Made by a program: the position numbers and the translations under genes. A stretch of DNA of 64,000 nt from Neoechinorhynchus agilis (lineage: Eukaryota > Animalia > Acanthocephala), in contig CM121341.1 in the NCBI GenBank assembly GCA_051530055.1, positions 10,208,784 to 10,272,783 on the forward strand, written 5' to 3'. This document shows positions 13,380 to 25,796 of the stretch, piece by piece. The notes under the pieces were generated by a model. That model had not been told where the DNA came from. It made no database searches and was given only the letters and a program-made list of their open reading frames with translations. Positions within the stretch are counted from its first letter, which is position 1, and every line of letters begins with the position of its first letter.

Positions 13380-15295
13380 ATGGACCAATCGGCCAATGTT
13401 CGGAACCACGACGGCGATAAATCGGACGAAGATGGGAAAAAACGCGAACTTAGTGAAGATGATGACGTGAGTTCTAAAAAATGACCCACTTAATCACCAA
13501 ACAGTCCAGTTCAGGTCTGTCCGATATGTTTCGATCCATTTTCCACCGAAGGTCCACATCGCCTCGTCTCTTTGCGATGCGGCCATTTATATGGAAAAGA
13601 GTAAAGCTTTCGTTTTGTTTTAAAGACGACTAAGCCGATTCGGTTTAGTTGTGTGGCCAAATGGCTCCGGCATTCTGATCGATGTCCTCAATGCAACAAA
13701 ACTGCTCGTGCTCGAGATATGCGCCGTATTTATGGACGCCGAATAGTTCAAGTGGACACATCAGAAGTTGAAATTCTAAAGTCTAAACTCCGGACTGAGT
13801 CGACGATGCGTAGGGAGTTTGAGATGACCGTAGCTGAGATGAAAACAGAATTACTTTCTTTACAACGACAATTAGATGTTTACAAGTCAATAAACCTAAA
13901 CAAACCTAAGCTTTCATCTAAAATTGAGTGTAGACTTCTAAAATCAAAACGAATGGAACACTCGACCGGAGGAAGAGTCCTTACATTCTCATATGCACTT
14001 CAGTCTTTTATATTCTCTCGAAAATCACACTCTCCTCTTCTTAAAGGATATGGAATAGGTTTGCTTGATATGAACGCAGCAAACGGTCTTGTTTCAAATG
14101 ATCTACCTCGTCCACCCGTTCTTCATTCTGCGGATATTAAGGATATAAAATGCAACTATGACCAAAACCCAACACTCGTGTTGACCGCTGGTTTCGATGG
14201 TTTCGTGAAGGCCTATGATTTGAGAACTGGTCAATGTGATTTGGATTTGGAATTAGATCGACCCGTTTGGAGCTGCGAATTTGGATCAGGTGGAACACAC
14301 AGTGTTTATTGTGGCACAACGAATGGGGTTGTCTCAGAGTACAATAAAGTGGTCTACTCGATTTTAGGGCATTACTTTATATCATTGAAATCCATTAATA
14401 TCCTTCTTTTTCATATGAAGAGTAATACCGTTTTTTTTGTCAGCGTTATACTGTTCAGTCATGTGAACATCTAGATGATACTCGAAACTTCTTTTGAACT
14501 AAACGAATTCACTGTTAATATGTAAATTTTTTTGGTTTTCGTTGTATGCGATCTAAAATTCTTATTTAAAGTTATGTTTTTCTTGTAATTTTCCTCTACT
14601 AAAAGGGAATTTTTAATCGTTTAAACGCCTTTATTCCTTAGGGCTAAAAATTTATTTGTTCTTTAATATTTAAAATCGAACGAGTAGCCACTTAATATGA
14701 CCTAAGACAGACAAGCTCGAAAGTGGCCGATATCTATGCTGCTGAATATTCTTCAACACCGGTGAATTCAATTGTGCCCATAAGTTCAGAAGAGAAATGT
14801 AATCGAAAAGGGTTACTATTGTGCCAGTTAGACTGTACAACATTTGTAGACTCCACGGGCACTATGGATCGTTTGTTCGTTGGATTCCGTCCAATCTGTA
14901 CGTCAAAGTCAAAGTCGATGTTCCTGATCACATTTCGTCCAAGTAAAGGACAAACCGATCAAATCCATCACGTGTGTGAGCTTCCCGGAACAACACCGGA
15001 TCTAGTTACAACCGTGAATCGATTCTCTGGTTCACCTCTGTCGTCCGTTATGAGTAAAACAGCTCTGTTTGTTCTTAAAGGCGAGAAAGAGGTGAAGCCA
15101 ATGGTTGCATCGTATAGCCATAATGCCCGAGCGATTGCTATTCACGATGTTCTGAACGATGGGAAAGTCGTGAGTCTTATCAAAGGACCATGCGGAGTAA
15201 CTGATATTTGCTCAGCGACTCACGGAAATGTGCAACTCATGGCGTCCATATCACCCGACAGTGTAGATGTATTCGTTATCCAATGTGGGTCGTGA
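13380..15295 (+). CDS. RFWD3: RING finger and WD40 E3 ligase, RFWD3-like; 4 exons (13380-13466, 13515-13600, 13649-~14347, ~14711-15295)
   Basis: Spliced [49 protein letters not shown] matches the RFWD3 pattern, followed by a coiled coil and WD40 repeats (RPVWSCEF...VYCGTTNG). The first two introns are 48 nt GT-AG. Confidence 0.85.
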
Positions 15296-15594
15296 GTTCG
15301 CAGTCTTTTCGATTTGCGCGTTTGTGTACAAAAAAACGATTGTAATATTTTGAAATGACCAATTTAAATAATGCTTGCAACGATGACCAGATCCGTTTCG
15401 GCATAAATACTTCTAAAAGCCTTAGCAATTCCATTATGCCGTTCTGCTTCTGATGGCAAAAATAGACTTTTGGAATGGATTTTATTAAGAACATTTTAAT
15501 TCGAGAATCTAAGGATATTTATTTGAATCTGTAGTCCTTATGAAAAAGTTTTGGTGAGATGAGTTCTAATAACTGGGCAATATGTATTTACAAA

Positions 15595-15945
15595 CTTTCA
15601 TGCCACCGCTTTGGAACTTGTGTAATAGTCCAAAGGATGCAGTGTTCCCTCGTTACAAAGTCAAGCCTATGTTTTGCATTCGTCTGAATATCTTGGACAA
15701 TTTCTTTAACCCGTGGGAGCAGCAACTACCGCAGAGGATCGCAATAAGACCAAATTCAGGGACCTTGGTTGAAATCCTCATTTCGTTCCCTTTCGCGTCG
15801 AGACACTCGGGTCGTTTAGTACCACTGCTCAGGACCTGGTCAATCAATTGTCTAAGAGATTGAGACGAATCACTGGCGATCCGAGGCAGGAGCATTCCTC
15901 CCGACTCTGCGTTGGGGGGAAACGCTGCATCCGCCCCTTCGAACA
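15595..15945. mobile_element. Two CRE-type tail fragments in opposite orientations
   Basis: 15595-15720 matches the tail on the minus strand; 15800-15940 reads VETLGSFSTTAQDLVNQLSKRLRRITGDPR on the plus strand. Confidence 0.7.
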
Positions 15946-16103
15946 TTACACCTTATAAATCATTTCAGTCTTTAGTTGACGAATACGTCACCGGTATTTA
16001 ATTGAATAGTTCTTTTGGGAATGGAAATTTGCTTCACTTTCCAATTAGTCCCTTTTTGAACAAAAATATATTTTCTGGGCAAATAACAATATGGTGTTTA
16101 ATT

Positions 16104-17540
16104 TCACGCAAGTAGCTTTCTCTTTCTCGGTTTAGCCATTTCCTTTTCTGCGATTCGCATATTCGGAGTCTTATGAAGTAATCTTTCAGCTCGCTTTAAA
16201 ACCATCTTCTCATCCAAACTTCTCTTCCCACTCTTGCCGCCTTCCAGTTCTTTACGTTCCAAACGCGCCTTTCTCTTCTTCTTCGCCTTCCTCCTCATTG
16301 TCTTCTTCTCTTCTTTGCTTAGATCGTCTTTAGAGGCAATACTCTTTATTCGTCCAGCCACTTCCTCCGGTGCCAGCACTTTATCATCTAATCCCCCTTC
16401 TCCCGGCAATACCTGACCAATTTCTTCCATCACGACCGTTGGCAAACTCGATAAAATTTTGACTTCAGGAAGGGCCGGTGTTGGCGTAAACATTGAATGA
16501 GAAAGTGTGTCAAGTTTTTTGAACAGTTCTCGCATTGATTCCCGCACTTCCTCTCGTTTCGTCTCCTCTGGATCCTCTTCTTTTGTCCCCATGGATTTGG
16601 AATACGCATCTCCGTACACATCGGCCAAACCCTTTTGACTCTTCTCAAAATCTAACTTTATTGGTGGACGATACTCGGTCAAAGGTTTGACCTTCCTTTC
16701 GACATCATCAAAAGCTCGGTCTTTTATCCTTCTACGAACAATAGACTCAATCTTTGTAGTCAGTTCTGCAGTAATAGCAACCGGCACCTTGGTTTGCCTA
16801 TCAAACTCAAGATATTCTTCAATTGCACTATCCGATGGACGATCCTTCGCCTCAACCTCACCTCGCATCTGCCAAGGCTTCTCAACTTCCACCATTTCCT
16901 GTTCAATCGCAGCCACACGTTCAGCTGTCTTCATCTCTTCACGCTCATAATGAGTAGCATCTTTAAAGAAATCTTCAAATCGCAACTCATCAGCTCCCGC
17001 GTCTTCGGCATCGTATAACTCGTCCAAATTATCCTCATCGTTGTTCGTCATAAATGCCTCCATCTCTTTCTCATTGAACATTTCTTCTTTGACAGCGTCT
17101 TTGTTTTTCAGAATCGATTTTAAAGGAGTCTCCGATGATGTCGGATGTGCATTTCCATCCGACGATTGCAAATCTTTATGCCAACGAACTTTCCTTCGTT
17201 TCAGACGTAATGATGGAACCGACATTTCCGAAAAACAACGACGACCCATCAAAATGAGCTGACTGTACACTTGCTCAGGAACCATTGAGTCATTCACATA
17301 CAGTCCGTCCACTCCGAGCTGTTGAACGTACTTGAACCGCTTAGAGGATTCAATCGCAGCGTCAAAGAAGGATTTACAGTTCCAAAGTAGAACGTCAATC
17401 GCAGATGCTATCGGTTTAACGGTTACATTGTCTTTTAGAGACTCAGAAGGAAGATTTTCCATCTGAAATGAGATACTTTCCAATAAATCGAGAACCTTAA
17501 CGGATTTCTTAGATCTTAAATATCTTCTAGTAACTAACAA
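16104..17540 (-). CDS. MPP10: U3 snoRNP protein Mpp10 (5' end uncertain, probably with an upstream exon)
   Basis: KPWQMRGEV..KDRPSDSAIEEYLEFD, LTTKIESIVRRRIKDRAFDDV, LFKKLDTLSHSMFTP, LAPEEV and a Lys-rich C-terminus. Confidence 0.92.
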   Translation of the reverse strand: MLVTRRYLRSKKSVKVLDLLESISFQMENLPSESLKDNVTVKPIASAIDVLLWNCKSFFDAAIESSKRFKYVQQLGVDGLYVNDSMVPEQVYSQLILMGRRCFSEMSVPSLRLKRRKVRWHKDLQSSDGNAHPTSSETPLKSILKNKDAVKEEMFNEKEMEAFMTNNDEDNLDELYDAEDAGADELRFEDFFKDATHYEREEMKTAERVAAIEQEMVEVEKPWQMRGEVEAKDRPSDSAIEEYLEFDRQTKVPVAITAELTTKIESIVRRRIKDRAFDDVERKVKPLTEYRPPIKLDFEKSQKGLADVYGDAYSKSMGTKEEDPEETKREEVRESMRELFKKLDTLSHSMFTPTPALPEVKILSSLPTVVMEEIGQVLPGEGGLDDKVLAPEEVAGRIKSIASKDDLSKEEKKTMRRKAKKKRKARLERKELEGGKSGKRSLDEKMVLKRAERLLHKTPNMRIAEKEMAKPRKRKLLA

Positions 17541-17638
17541 ACTGATGAAAAATACGGCCCTAAACAGCGCATCCAGGCGCCACTGGAGATTTGCTCATTT
17601 CACAACATCCACGGAAGAATCTTATTAGTCATAATCTA

Positions 17639-18130
17639 TATTTCGTTTTTGGTCATTTATAGAGAGATTAACTTATTATTGATTCTCTTTCTTTCAAACA
17701 ATATTTCATCCGTCTCATTGTACTTCAGGTGACAAACTTGCGAGACAACTTGAAGTCCGACGAAAAGGAAGAAATATTGTGTAAAAAAAGGGAATCAATA
17801 ATAGTAAATTAATCTCTCTATAAATGACCAAAAACGAAATAACTTCTTTACCAATTTTTGGGTTTTCGGTAATCGTAAAAAATCAAGCGACGTTCTCCTA
17901 TATTGTGAAGAAGTTATTTCGTTTTTGGTCATTTATAAAGATTAATTTATTAGTTCTCTTTTATAAACAATATTTCGTCCGTCTCATTTGACTTCCTAAG
18001 GTCTAAAACTCTCGACGATACGGACGAAATATTGTGTGAAAAAAGGAATCAATAATAGTAAATTAATATCTCTATAAATGACCAAAAACGAAATAACTTG
18101 TTTACAATAATTCTTTACCAATTTTTGGGT
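17639..18130. repeat. Two tandem foldback (hairpin) units of about 270 bp
   Basis: Arms atttcgtttttggtcatttatag...caatatttc and gaaatattg...ctataaatgaccaaaaacgaaat are inverted complements at about 17639-17842 and 17913-18098. Confidence 0.85.
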
Positions 18131-18187
18131 TTTCGGTTATCCTAAAAAAATCTTGTATCCGAATGGTGTATCAATTAATTCGCGTCC

Positions 18188-18584
18188 TCGTTAAATTTAG
18201 TCTGTCCCTTCTTGCCCGGCTTATTTTTAGGCATAAAGCCAAACCAATTGCATCAGAGAAGTGATATAACCACATAGTCTCCAATGCACGGTTAAAAGTT
18301 TGTACATTCCTCCGGATTCTCAGATGCCTTTAGGAGGCGGGACTCATCAGTGAGTTTCCTCCCTTCAGCGGTATTTCGTCCCCTTTAGTTATGAGTCATT
18401 GGCGATAACGGATTCGAACCACTTGACCCTTTACTTGGATCACAAACATTAGTCCACTTGAGCACCTCGGTACAACTACGGAATGTGCAAACTCTAGACT
18501 TGTGGTTATATCACTTCTCTGATGCAATTGGTTTGACTTTGTGCCTAAAATAGCCGAGTATAAGGGACGAACTAAATTTAATGA
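18188..18584. mobile_element. MITE-like element with ~90-bp terminal inverted repeats and an internal tRNA-derived segment
   Basis: TIRs at 18188-18280 and 18496-18584; internal minus-strand A-box (ggtgctcaagtgg) and B-box (ggttcgaatcc). Confidence 0.75.
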
Positions 18585-18629
18585 TGATATGAAACAAACC
18601 GGCTTGCCAGTAAAAACCTAAAAATAGAA

Positions 18630-18830
18630 CACTGCACCCACCTTGAGTTGACAAAACTGGCTGAGTTTGTAGCCGGATGCAGCAGCATTGAAGTCAGAAT
18701 TCAACAGCACCAATGGCGCTGGGTTGGCATCTACAACGCATGGCCCCCGATCGTTTAACCAAAAGAATCCTCTATAGCGAACTCTTAAATGGATTGTAAC
18801 AATAACACGTTTTATTTGCATCAGGGGGAA
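18630..18830 (+). mobile_element. RTE-clade LINE C-terminal fragment
   Basis: SIEVRIQQHQWRWVG, then after a frameshift HLQRMAPDRLTKRILYSEL, the typical RTE RT tail. Confidence 0.6.
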
Positions 18831-19514
18831 ATACAAGCCGCCGAACCATGGATCTCAGGTATCTAGTGAAACTTGCAACTTGTAAGACTTGGACGGGTTT
18901 CTAGAAGATTATTTTCTTTTATTGTTCCCACTATGCCGCTCACACCGCTACAATATCATCCAGATTTCCCTGCAAACAATATCCGCCAATCTCCACCAGA
19001 ACGGACATCCCCAGACCTGATATTTCCACACGAACGGACATACCAAAAATAACGGAATAACTACGTGTTTATGAGGACCCAAAGGTACATGGGTCTGATT
19101 TCTTAAACACAAAAATCTTGGAGTTGAGAAATTTAGTATGCTTGTCAATTAAGAAATCTAATTGTGTGCCCAAGGAAAAATAATCAGTTATGAAAAAGGC
19201 CACACTTATTAATTGTTCTGGTAACTTTACTCTCAACCTCCCCGATATTAATTGATTTATTGGTCAGAACAATTAATAATTTCATTCCCCCGACTACAAT
19301 CCAAGAAGGTCACACTCAAACACAAACAAATCGGATAGTTTGATGTCTAAGCCCTTAAAGCGGATACTTGTTAAAAACCACAACGTTTGTTATCTTTTTT
19401 AAACAAACCTGTGAAATTTAATTCGCGTTAAAAATCAAATCAGCGAGCTGTAGCGCGAGGTTCCTTTCGACGAATTCATCCCCATTCATTTATTATCGAT
19501 AAAACTAATCGTGA

Positions 19515-22049
19515 TTATTTAAGTAGCGCATCAACAACGGCATCAACACTCAGATTTTTGAGATCGCCGTACGTCTGCCCGGTTCCAACAAAGATAATAG
19601 ACTTTGATGTCGTGTATGCCATTGAAATCGCAGCTCCAACCTAAATATGAAACCAGAGCATGAATGCTTAGTCTCTTTGTTGGTGGCTAATGTTTACCTT
19701 ATCATCGACAGTATCGAATTTTGTAAGAATGATTCCGTCTATTAGCCTCGGAGTTTGATTTCCTGGACAAAAATCCGCGAGGGCTCTATTGAATTTGACA
19801 ACTTGATCGACAGCTTCGTTTCCAACCAGTGCTTCGCCGACGAATAAAACGAGATCCGGATTGTTCATACTGATTAGCTTTTCAAGATGTGAAACGTTAG
19901 TGAATCCACAAAACGAAACGAAAAAGAGCGTTAATGAAATTATTTGTACTATGACTTTTTCCATATTAATGCCTGGAGAATTTTACTCAATAAGGAGACG
20001 CTTTGTTTGAAATCTCTAGAGTTAATAATTAATTAGATATGAAATAACGAAGAGTATGAGTGATGAGAAGAATCCCTATAGAAAAGCGTTAATTTTCAAT
20101 GACTTGATCTTTGAATTCATAAAAGTCGCGACGTACCTTTGCGAGAGCTCTCATTAATGGCTCATTATTCTGCATTCGTCCTGCGGTATCGATCAAAACC
20201 ACATTATAACCATCGCTCTTCGCTTTCAAAATAGCTTGACTGCAAACATTAGCTGCATCCTGCCCGTATCCTTTATCGAACAGTTGAATGGTTTTCTGAC
20301 TATATTTAAATATGTCAGCTAAATGCTTGCAATGAGTCCTCAATTGTTCGACAGCACCGCTTCTAAACGTGTCGCATGCAGCTACCATAACACTCAAATC
20401 ATTAGCGAGTAGCCAATGAGCGATTTTGCTTAGACTCGTTGATTTTCCAACTCCGTTGACTCCGCAAACGACAATCGTGTATGGATGAGCAACTTGTTTA
20501 ATTAATCTGGTACGCTTATCCAATGCATCCCTCAATATCTTTGATGAAGTTAGTCCAGACGATTGACCACTTAATACTTGAGACACAATATCCGTCATCG
20601 CTTTTTGAACGTTGCTTGATATCCCTTCAAACGAACTGATTGTACGATCAGTCAATTGAACCAATAGAGATTGACACAGTTGGTCGCTTACGTCGCATGC
20701 GACGTTTTTGCTCATCAAATGCTCTTTTAGTTTCTGGACTACGGGTTCAAGGTCTTGTCTGGTCAAGACGTGGTTGAGTGAGATCATCTTGGTTAAACGG
20801 GACATGAAACTCGGTTTAAGACTGTGATCTTTTTGACTTTCAACACTCGACAACTCTGATCTTATTGGAGTTTGTACACTGGCTTTATCCGTGCCGTCTT
20901 TTGATGATGATTGTGCGCTGGATGATGGTTGTGATGTGTAGTCTAATGAATTTATGTCCACTTCATTGCCACCCATTCCATCCCATACGGTCGCCTGCTT
21001 TACTCGCTTTGTCGACGTAGAGGTCTTCGCAGATTTCCTAAATGGACGGGTTGGTTATCTCTTTGCTTGAAGGTGAAGAAAATGGACGATCTTGAGATTC
21101 AGAATGAGATTCTTTAAGTTTGAAACCACGACTGTGAAAGCATTTATCAACTCTCATCTAGTGAGCTGGGGAAAGGTGTCCAGAATATTGTCATATAGTT
21201 GAAAATAATCAGACAGTCGTGCCTGAAACCTATTCACAAAGAATTGTTCGGAGATTTTAGAAATCATGAGGTGAGTCTCAAAGTAAAACGATGCGGTCGC
21301 AATATCGAGGAATTCGATACTCTCTTTAAGATACAAACTTTTTCTTTTTCCCTTTACCCGTTTGAGCCGCGATGCCGTTTGTTCCCACCAGTTTCGCGAT
21401 TGGAGCAAGGATGCCCAACGAGCGCCCATTGGAATCCATAACCATCGATGCCATAGTCTTTTTAGATTTTTCGGACTCTTCCCATGAACGTTGTGGTCGA
21501 CGCGATTGCTCCAGTGCGGCCTGTTCGTGTGACCGATAGACCGTATCGAACGTATTGGCGAACTGATCGTAATTGTGCCGGAAATTTCCTTTTTTTCGGC
21601 AAATTATGATTCTTGGTGCGTGCTATAAATGAGTACTCACTGAGTGTAAGTTGAAGACGGAACATATCCCGAAATCGAAGTTGTATCTCATCCAGAAATT
21701 TGTCTATATAAGACAATTGTAATACTTTTTGATAGGCTACCTTCGAAAGGGATATTATTGTTGGACTTTTTAAAGAAAACCCAGATTGATACAGACCACA
21801 AAAAGAAGATCAAACTCATTATCCATGGCGTATTGAAGAGCGAGGCTGTTCGATTGACTCCAAGGTTGTTTTACTTGGGCTTTTCCCTAAGTAATGATTT
21901 TATAAAGCATTAAAAAAGAACACACGTACTGGTAAGAGGCCTTGATCTATAAAATGAGTTAAGGCCGATACACTAGAGATTTCAGAGCCTTGCTGGAAAC
22001 ACCATAGCACGATTCCGCCGCGGGTGAAGATTGTAAAAAAGTCAAGCAT
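19515..22049 (-). CDS. SRPRA: Signal recognition particle receptor alpha subunit, multi-exon
   Basis: N-terminus [19 protein letters not shown]; EESEKSKK; G motifs [38 protein letters not shown]; C-terminus [12 protein letters not shown]. All frames can be joined by GT-AG introns. Confidence 0.93.
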
Positions 22050-24119
22050 CCCAAGAGTGGATGTATCTGAAATCAAAGCCGAGAATTTGCCTTAACAAAA
22101 ACGTTCTTTTTAAACTCTAAAATGAGCGCCCAATCCACAAAAATACCCATCTTCCATGGAAACAAATACTCATGGATTAAACCTAGATTGTCGTTTGCTA
22201 AGTTCACAACATAAACCTTAGAATCTTATGAAATGCTACTTAATATTGAGGCCGCCGGATTAAGTTTTGTCTTCGAAAATCGACACTTGGGCGGGCTGTC
22301 AAACTTTCGTCGGCTTGTGGCTTCCTCAGGAATCAGGAGTGTGGAGATGTGAAATGGGTTAGCGATATTGAAGCGGGAAGTTCTGGGGCTTCGTCTAGCC
22401 AATATCTTGAATTCTAAACAATCCGTCAAAGTAACAATTTTAAGAGAATGACGAAGGTGTAAGATTGAACGGCTCTAATAGTCGTATCGAGATAAATGCT
22501 CCCTTAATAGTCCAATAAGGAACTTCTATAATTACAGTAAATTCAAGATCAAATTTATGATTTCATCAGACTCTAACCTTCAATCGTGACCTTCGAGCTA
22601 TGAAAAGCTTTTTCTAGAAATATTCAAACAAATAAGAAAAACGCGATCATTACGTGAAAGTTGAAAAGTTAGTTCTTAAACCTGTCTAAGAGAACATAGT
22701 AAAGTTGGTTCCACCGTTTATGCACGCATTTAATTAAGAAACATTTTATTGGGTTGAGGTGGAAGTTTCGTGAAGAAAGCGAGCAATAGCTTGTAAGTTT
22801 TGAGCAAAAACGCTATTCTACACAAAAGAGAGGTTGCACGACGTCATTAGTATTCTTTCCGCTCAATAATCACCGAGTAGGCTAAAAACGGACCAATTTA
22901 AGGATCATTTTATAAAACAGGAAAAATATCCAATAAATTGCGATGATGAAAATTGCTTTCCCTCCTCGGCGGTTTAAGCACTTTTAACCGGCTAGGGGAG
23001 GGAGATTATCATCACCGTAATTCAAAATTCGCCATCCCGGTGGATTTTCTCGATACTTAAAAGACATTGCAACGAATGACGCTCTCGAATTCTCCATTTT
23101 GACAATGTATCTTTGAGTGTGGTTAAATCGCCGTTTTACCGCTCTGGATCACTCAGTTGGGAATATTTTTGTAGTTCCCGTCTGGGTTTGAATGTTATTG
23201 TTGTTCAGTTTCAAGCAGGTATTTTTAAAACCACTCAACGAAGATTTTTTGCAGTTCGTTGTAAAAGACAGCGAAATCCAAACAAAACCCTATAAATAAA
23301 TATTTTAGTCTGCTATTTTAAAGTTGTCATGGTTTTTTAAATCCGCAAAGGAGCAACAAAGTTTTTTTTCTTTTTTCTGGACTTTCATCGTGGTTCAAAG
23401 CGATCGCTATCTCACTATCTCAAACACATCGATTTAATCGACCATTAAAAGGTGTTTATTTTAATGCCATCTTTCTGTCATCCTTTGTGAAAAATCTTAA
23501 TAGGACTGCAAGGTATTTTCTTGCTTTAAAACATTGGATTTAACTATCTCAAACATATCGATTTAATCGACCATTAAAAAGTGTTTATTTTCAAGTAAAC
23601 TTTGCTGTGATTCCTTGTGAAAAAGCATTAAAAGAACGAGCAGGTATTTTTTTATTGTAAGCAAATTTTTTGCTGAACGTTCATAACTGTAAGAGGCGCA
23701 AGCTACGTCTAACATATCAACTTAAAATTCAAAATCATTTTCCCAAATCACTCATTCTTAATTTTTCACGTACGAGATCCACTGTAATCCATATGACATG
23801 AAGTAGAATGATAAAGGTGGTGTGCAGAAGGACACATACCAGCAAAAAAGATCTGTATTCCATCTATGGATATTTGAGCCCAAGAATGGGGCTGAAACTC
23901 CGTTGCCATGGATATAGCGCAGTTACGGCGAACAGTTTAAATGGGACGACGTCGGGACGCAAGCGTTTTGGTCCTAATAATCGGTTGGTTCGATTAACCG
24001 GATTTTACTGTATATTTATAATTAGTAGAGATTATAAAAATCTCGAAATCAGATGTGATTTTTCCTTCTTTATCGCATAAAAGGAAAGGCGTTAAGGGAG
24101 ACGAGTGTATAACCATTAA

Positions 24120-25625
24120 TTTCTGTTTTAAATTGGTGTCATCCATTTGCGTGATTCTTAAGTGTGATTTTCAGAATGCCTTTAACTCTCTTAATAGAGA
24201 ATGCATGTTCTGCGCTATTAGGGATCACGCGCCAGAAGCTTTCCAGTATTTTCTCAATGCCTACGAGACCGCGGCTCCTTTGATTTTCGAAGACCACCTC
24301 ATTTGGTCCGAAAGAGGAGTGCAGCAAGGGAATCCTCTCGCTCCAATCGCATTCTCGCTAACAATAAATCCAATAGCGTACTCTCTCCAATCCAGCTTCA
24401 ACGCTTGGTACTTGGATGACGCTCGGAGGTGATCTCTCCGTTGTAGTGCGCGATTTGGAGACGCTGATTAGGGAAATCTCGAGAATGGGCATTGAGCTCA
24501 ATGTTGGAAAGTGAGAGCTCCTAGTATTAAATATCGAAGACGCTTCTAAAATCAAGGAGCTAATGGATGGGTTCGATGCCGTAGCTCCAGGTCTGAAACT
24601 CGTGACTTCAGAGCAACTCAGCCTCCTATGTAGTTGCGTCTTTGATTCAAATGTGGAAACTGAGATTGGTGGTGTCATACCGAAACTTTCGTTGCTGTGC
24701 GATAAAATTAGCGCTCTCTCGGCTCACGAAGCGTTAGTTCTGATAAAGAACGCACTCTATCCCCAAATTACATTCTTCAAACATAAGAAAGGATTGGCTA
24801 AACTCGACAACAAGGTGAGGGCTTCTCTCTAGCGTATTTTAAATGTCCAGCTCTCAGATGAGGCTAACGACAAGCTTCATTGCCTGTGTCATCTGGGGGA
24901 ATGGGCATTCGGGCGCTAGTAGACTTCGCCAGCCTTCCTTGGATCGTACGAGGGGAGTCAACCAATAGTGAAGAAAATTCTGAAGGAAAAGTTTTGTCTT
25001 GACCAAGACTTTGTGGTAGCAGTTGAAGAATGGTGTTAGCAGACAGGCGCTAACCATATTCCCGTGAATGGGCTCAGACAGTCGATCTGAGACAGACCTC
25101 TCGTCGCGAGAGCTCACAGCTCTCTACTTTCAGGTTCTCGCGATGGGGGTTAGATTGTTGGCAGTTTCGACACGAGAATCTGGGTCGTGGTTGGAGGCTG
25201 TTCCTCTGGCATCAGTGGGAACTCTTCTCACTGATGAGGTAACGAAGATCGCAGTGTCCTTAAGACTTGGTCTCCCGATATGCACGCCCATTCGCTGTCG
25301 ACGCTTTGCTTGAAGCTTTCGGGCCGCACGGTCTAGTTTACCGAAAATAAGGATTAAGGTTCTGACACCATTCTGAGATCAACAGCGTAATTTCTCGGGC
25401 GTTGAAAACGGCGAAATTCCCCAACATCTTGGAACCCGTCCATCTTTGTAGACCTGACGTAATTTCGGTCTTTCCGTGGCGGGAGGGCAAACGATTTCTC
25501 TGGGACGCCACGTGTGTTGTATTCCTGCGACAAAATATCTCGCTTGCAGTACAGCCAGGCAATGCTGCTAGCGTGATAGCGACAGCCGAGGAAGGTGGGA
25601 AGTTCCAATTTTGCGGACCATGGTG
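24120..25625 (+). mobile_element. Decayed CRE-type non-LTR retrotransposon (RT domains 3-7 through RLE)
   Basis: CDFQNAFN, GVQQGNPLAP, WYLDD, ESGSWLEAVPLASVG, RPDVISVFPWREGKRFLWDATC, ISLAVQPGNAASV; frameshifted. Confidence 0.85.
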
Positions 25626-25796
25626 ATTGCACGTTTTGTGCTTTATTGTTGTAAAACCTAGAAAAATTATTACCAAAAATGAACATTAAATTGCAGTTGT
25701 AAAAACGTATCATAGTTTACTCGTCTAAAATTTACACTTCTAAAAAAACGATATATTTTATTTGTCTGATACAACATTCAACTTCCTGCGCCTATA

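Noticed and set aside
18400-18471. Functional tRNA gene
   Set aside because: A and B boxes are present, but the acceptor and anticodon stems cannot be paired.
21030-21650. Apparent frameshifts in SRPRA (programmed frameshifting or sequencing errors)
   Set aside because: A 52-nt phase-1 intron (gtgagt...aaaaaag) and a ~280-nt phase-2 intron (gtttgt...catttag) restore the frame canonically.
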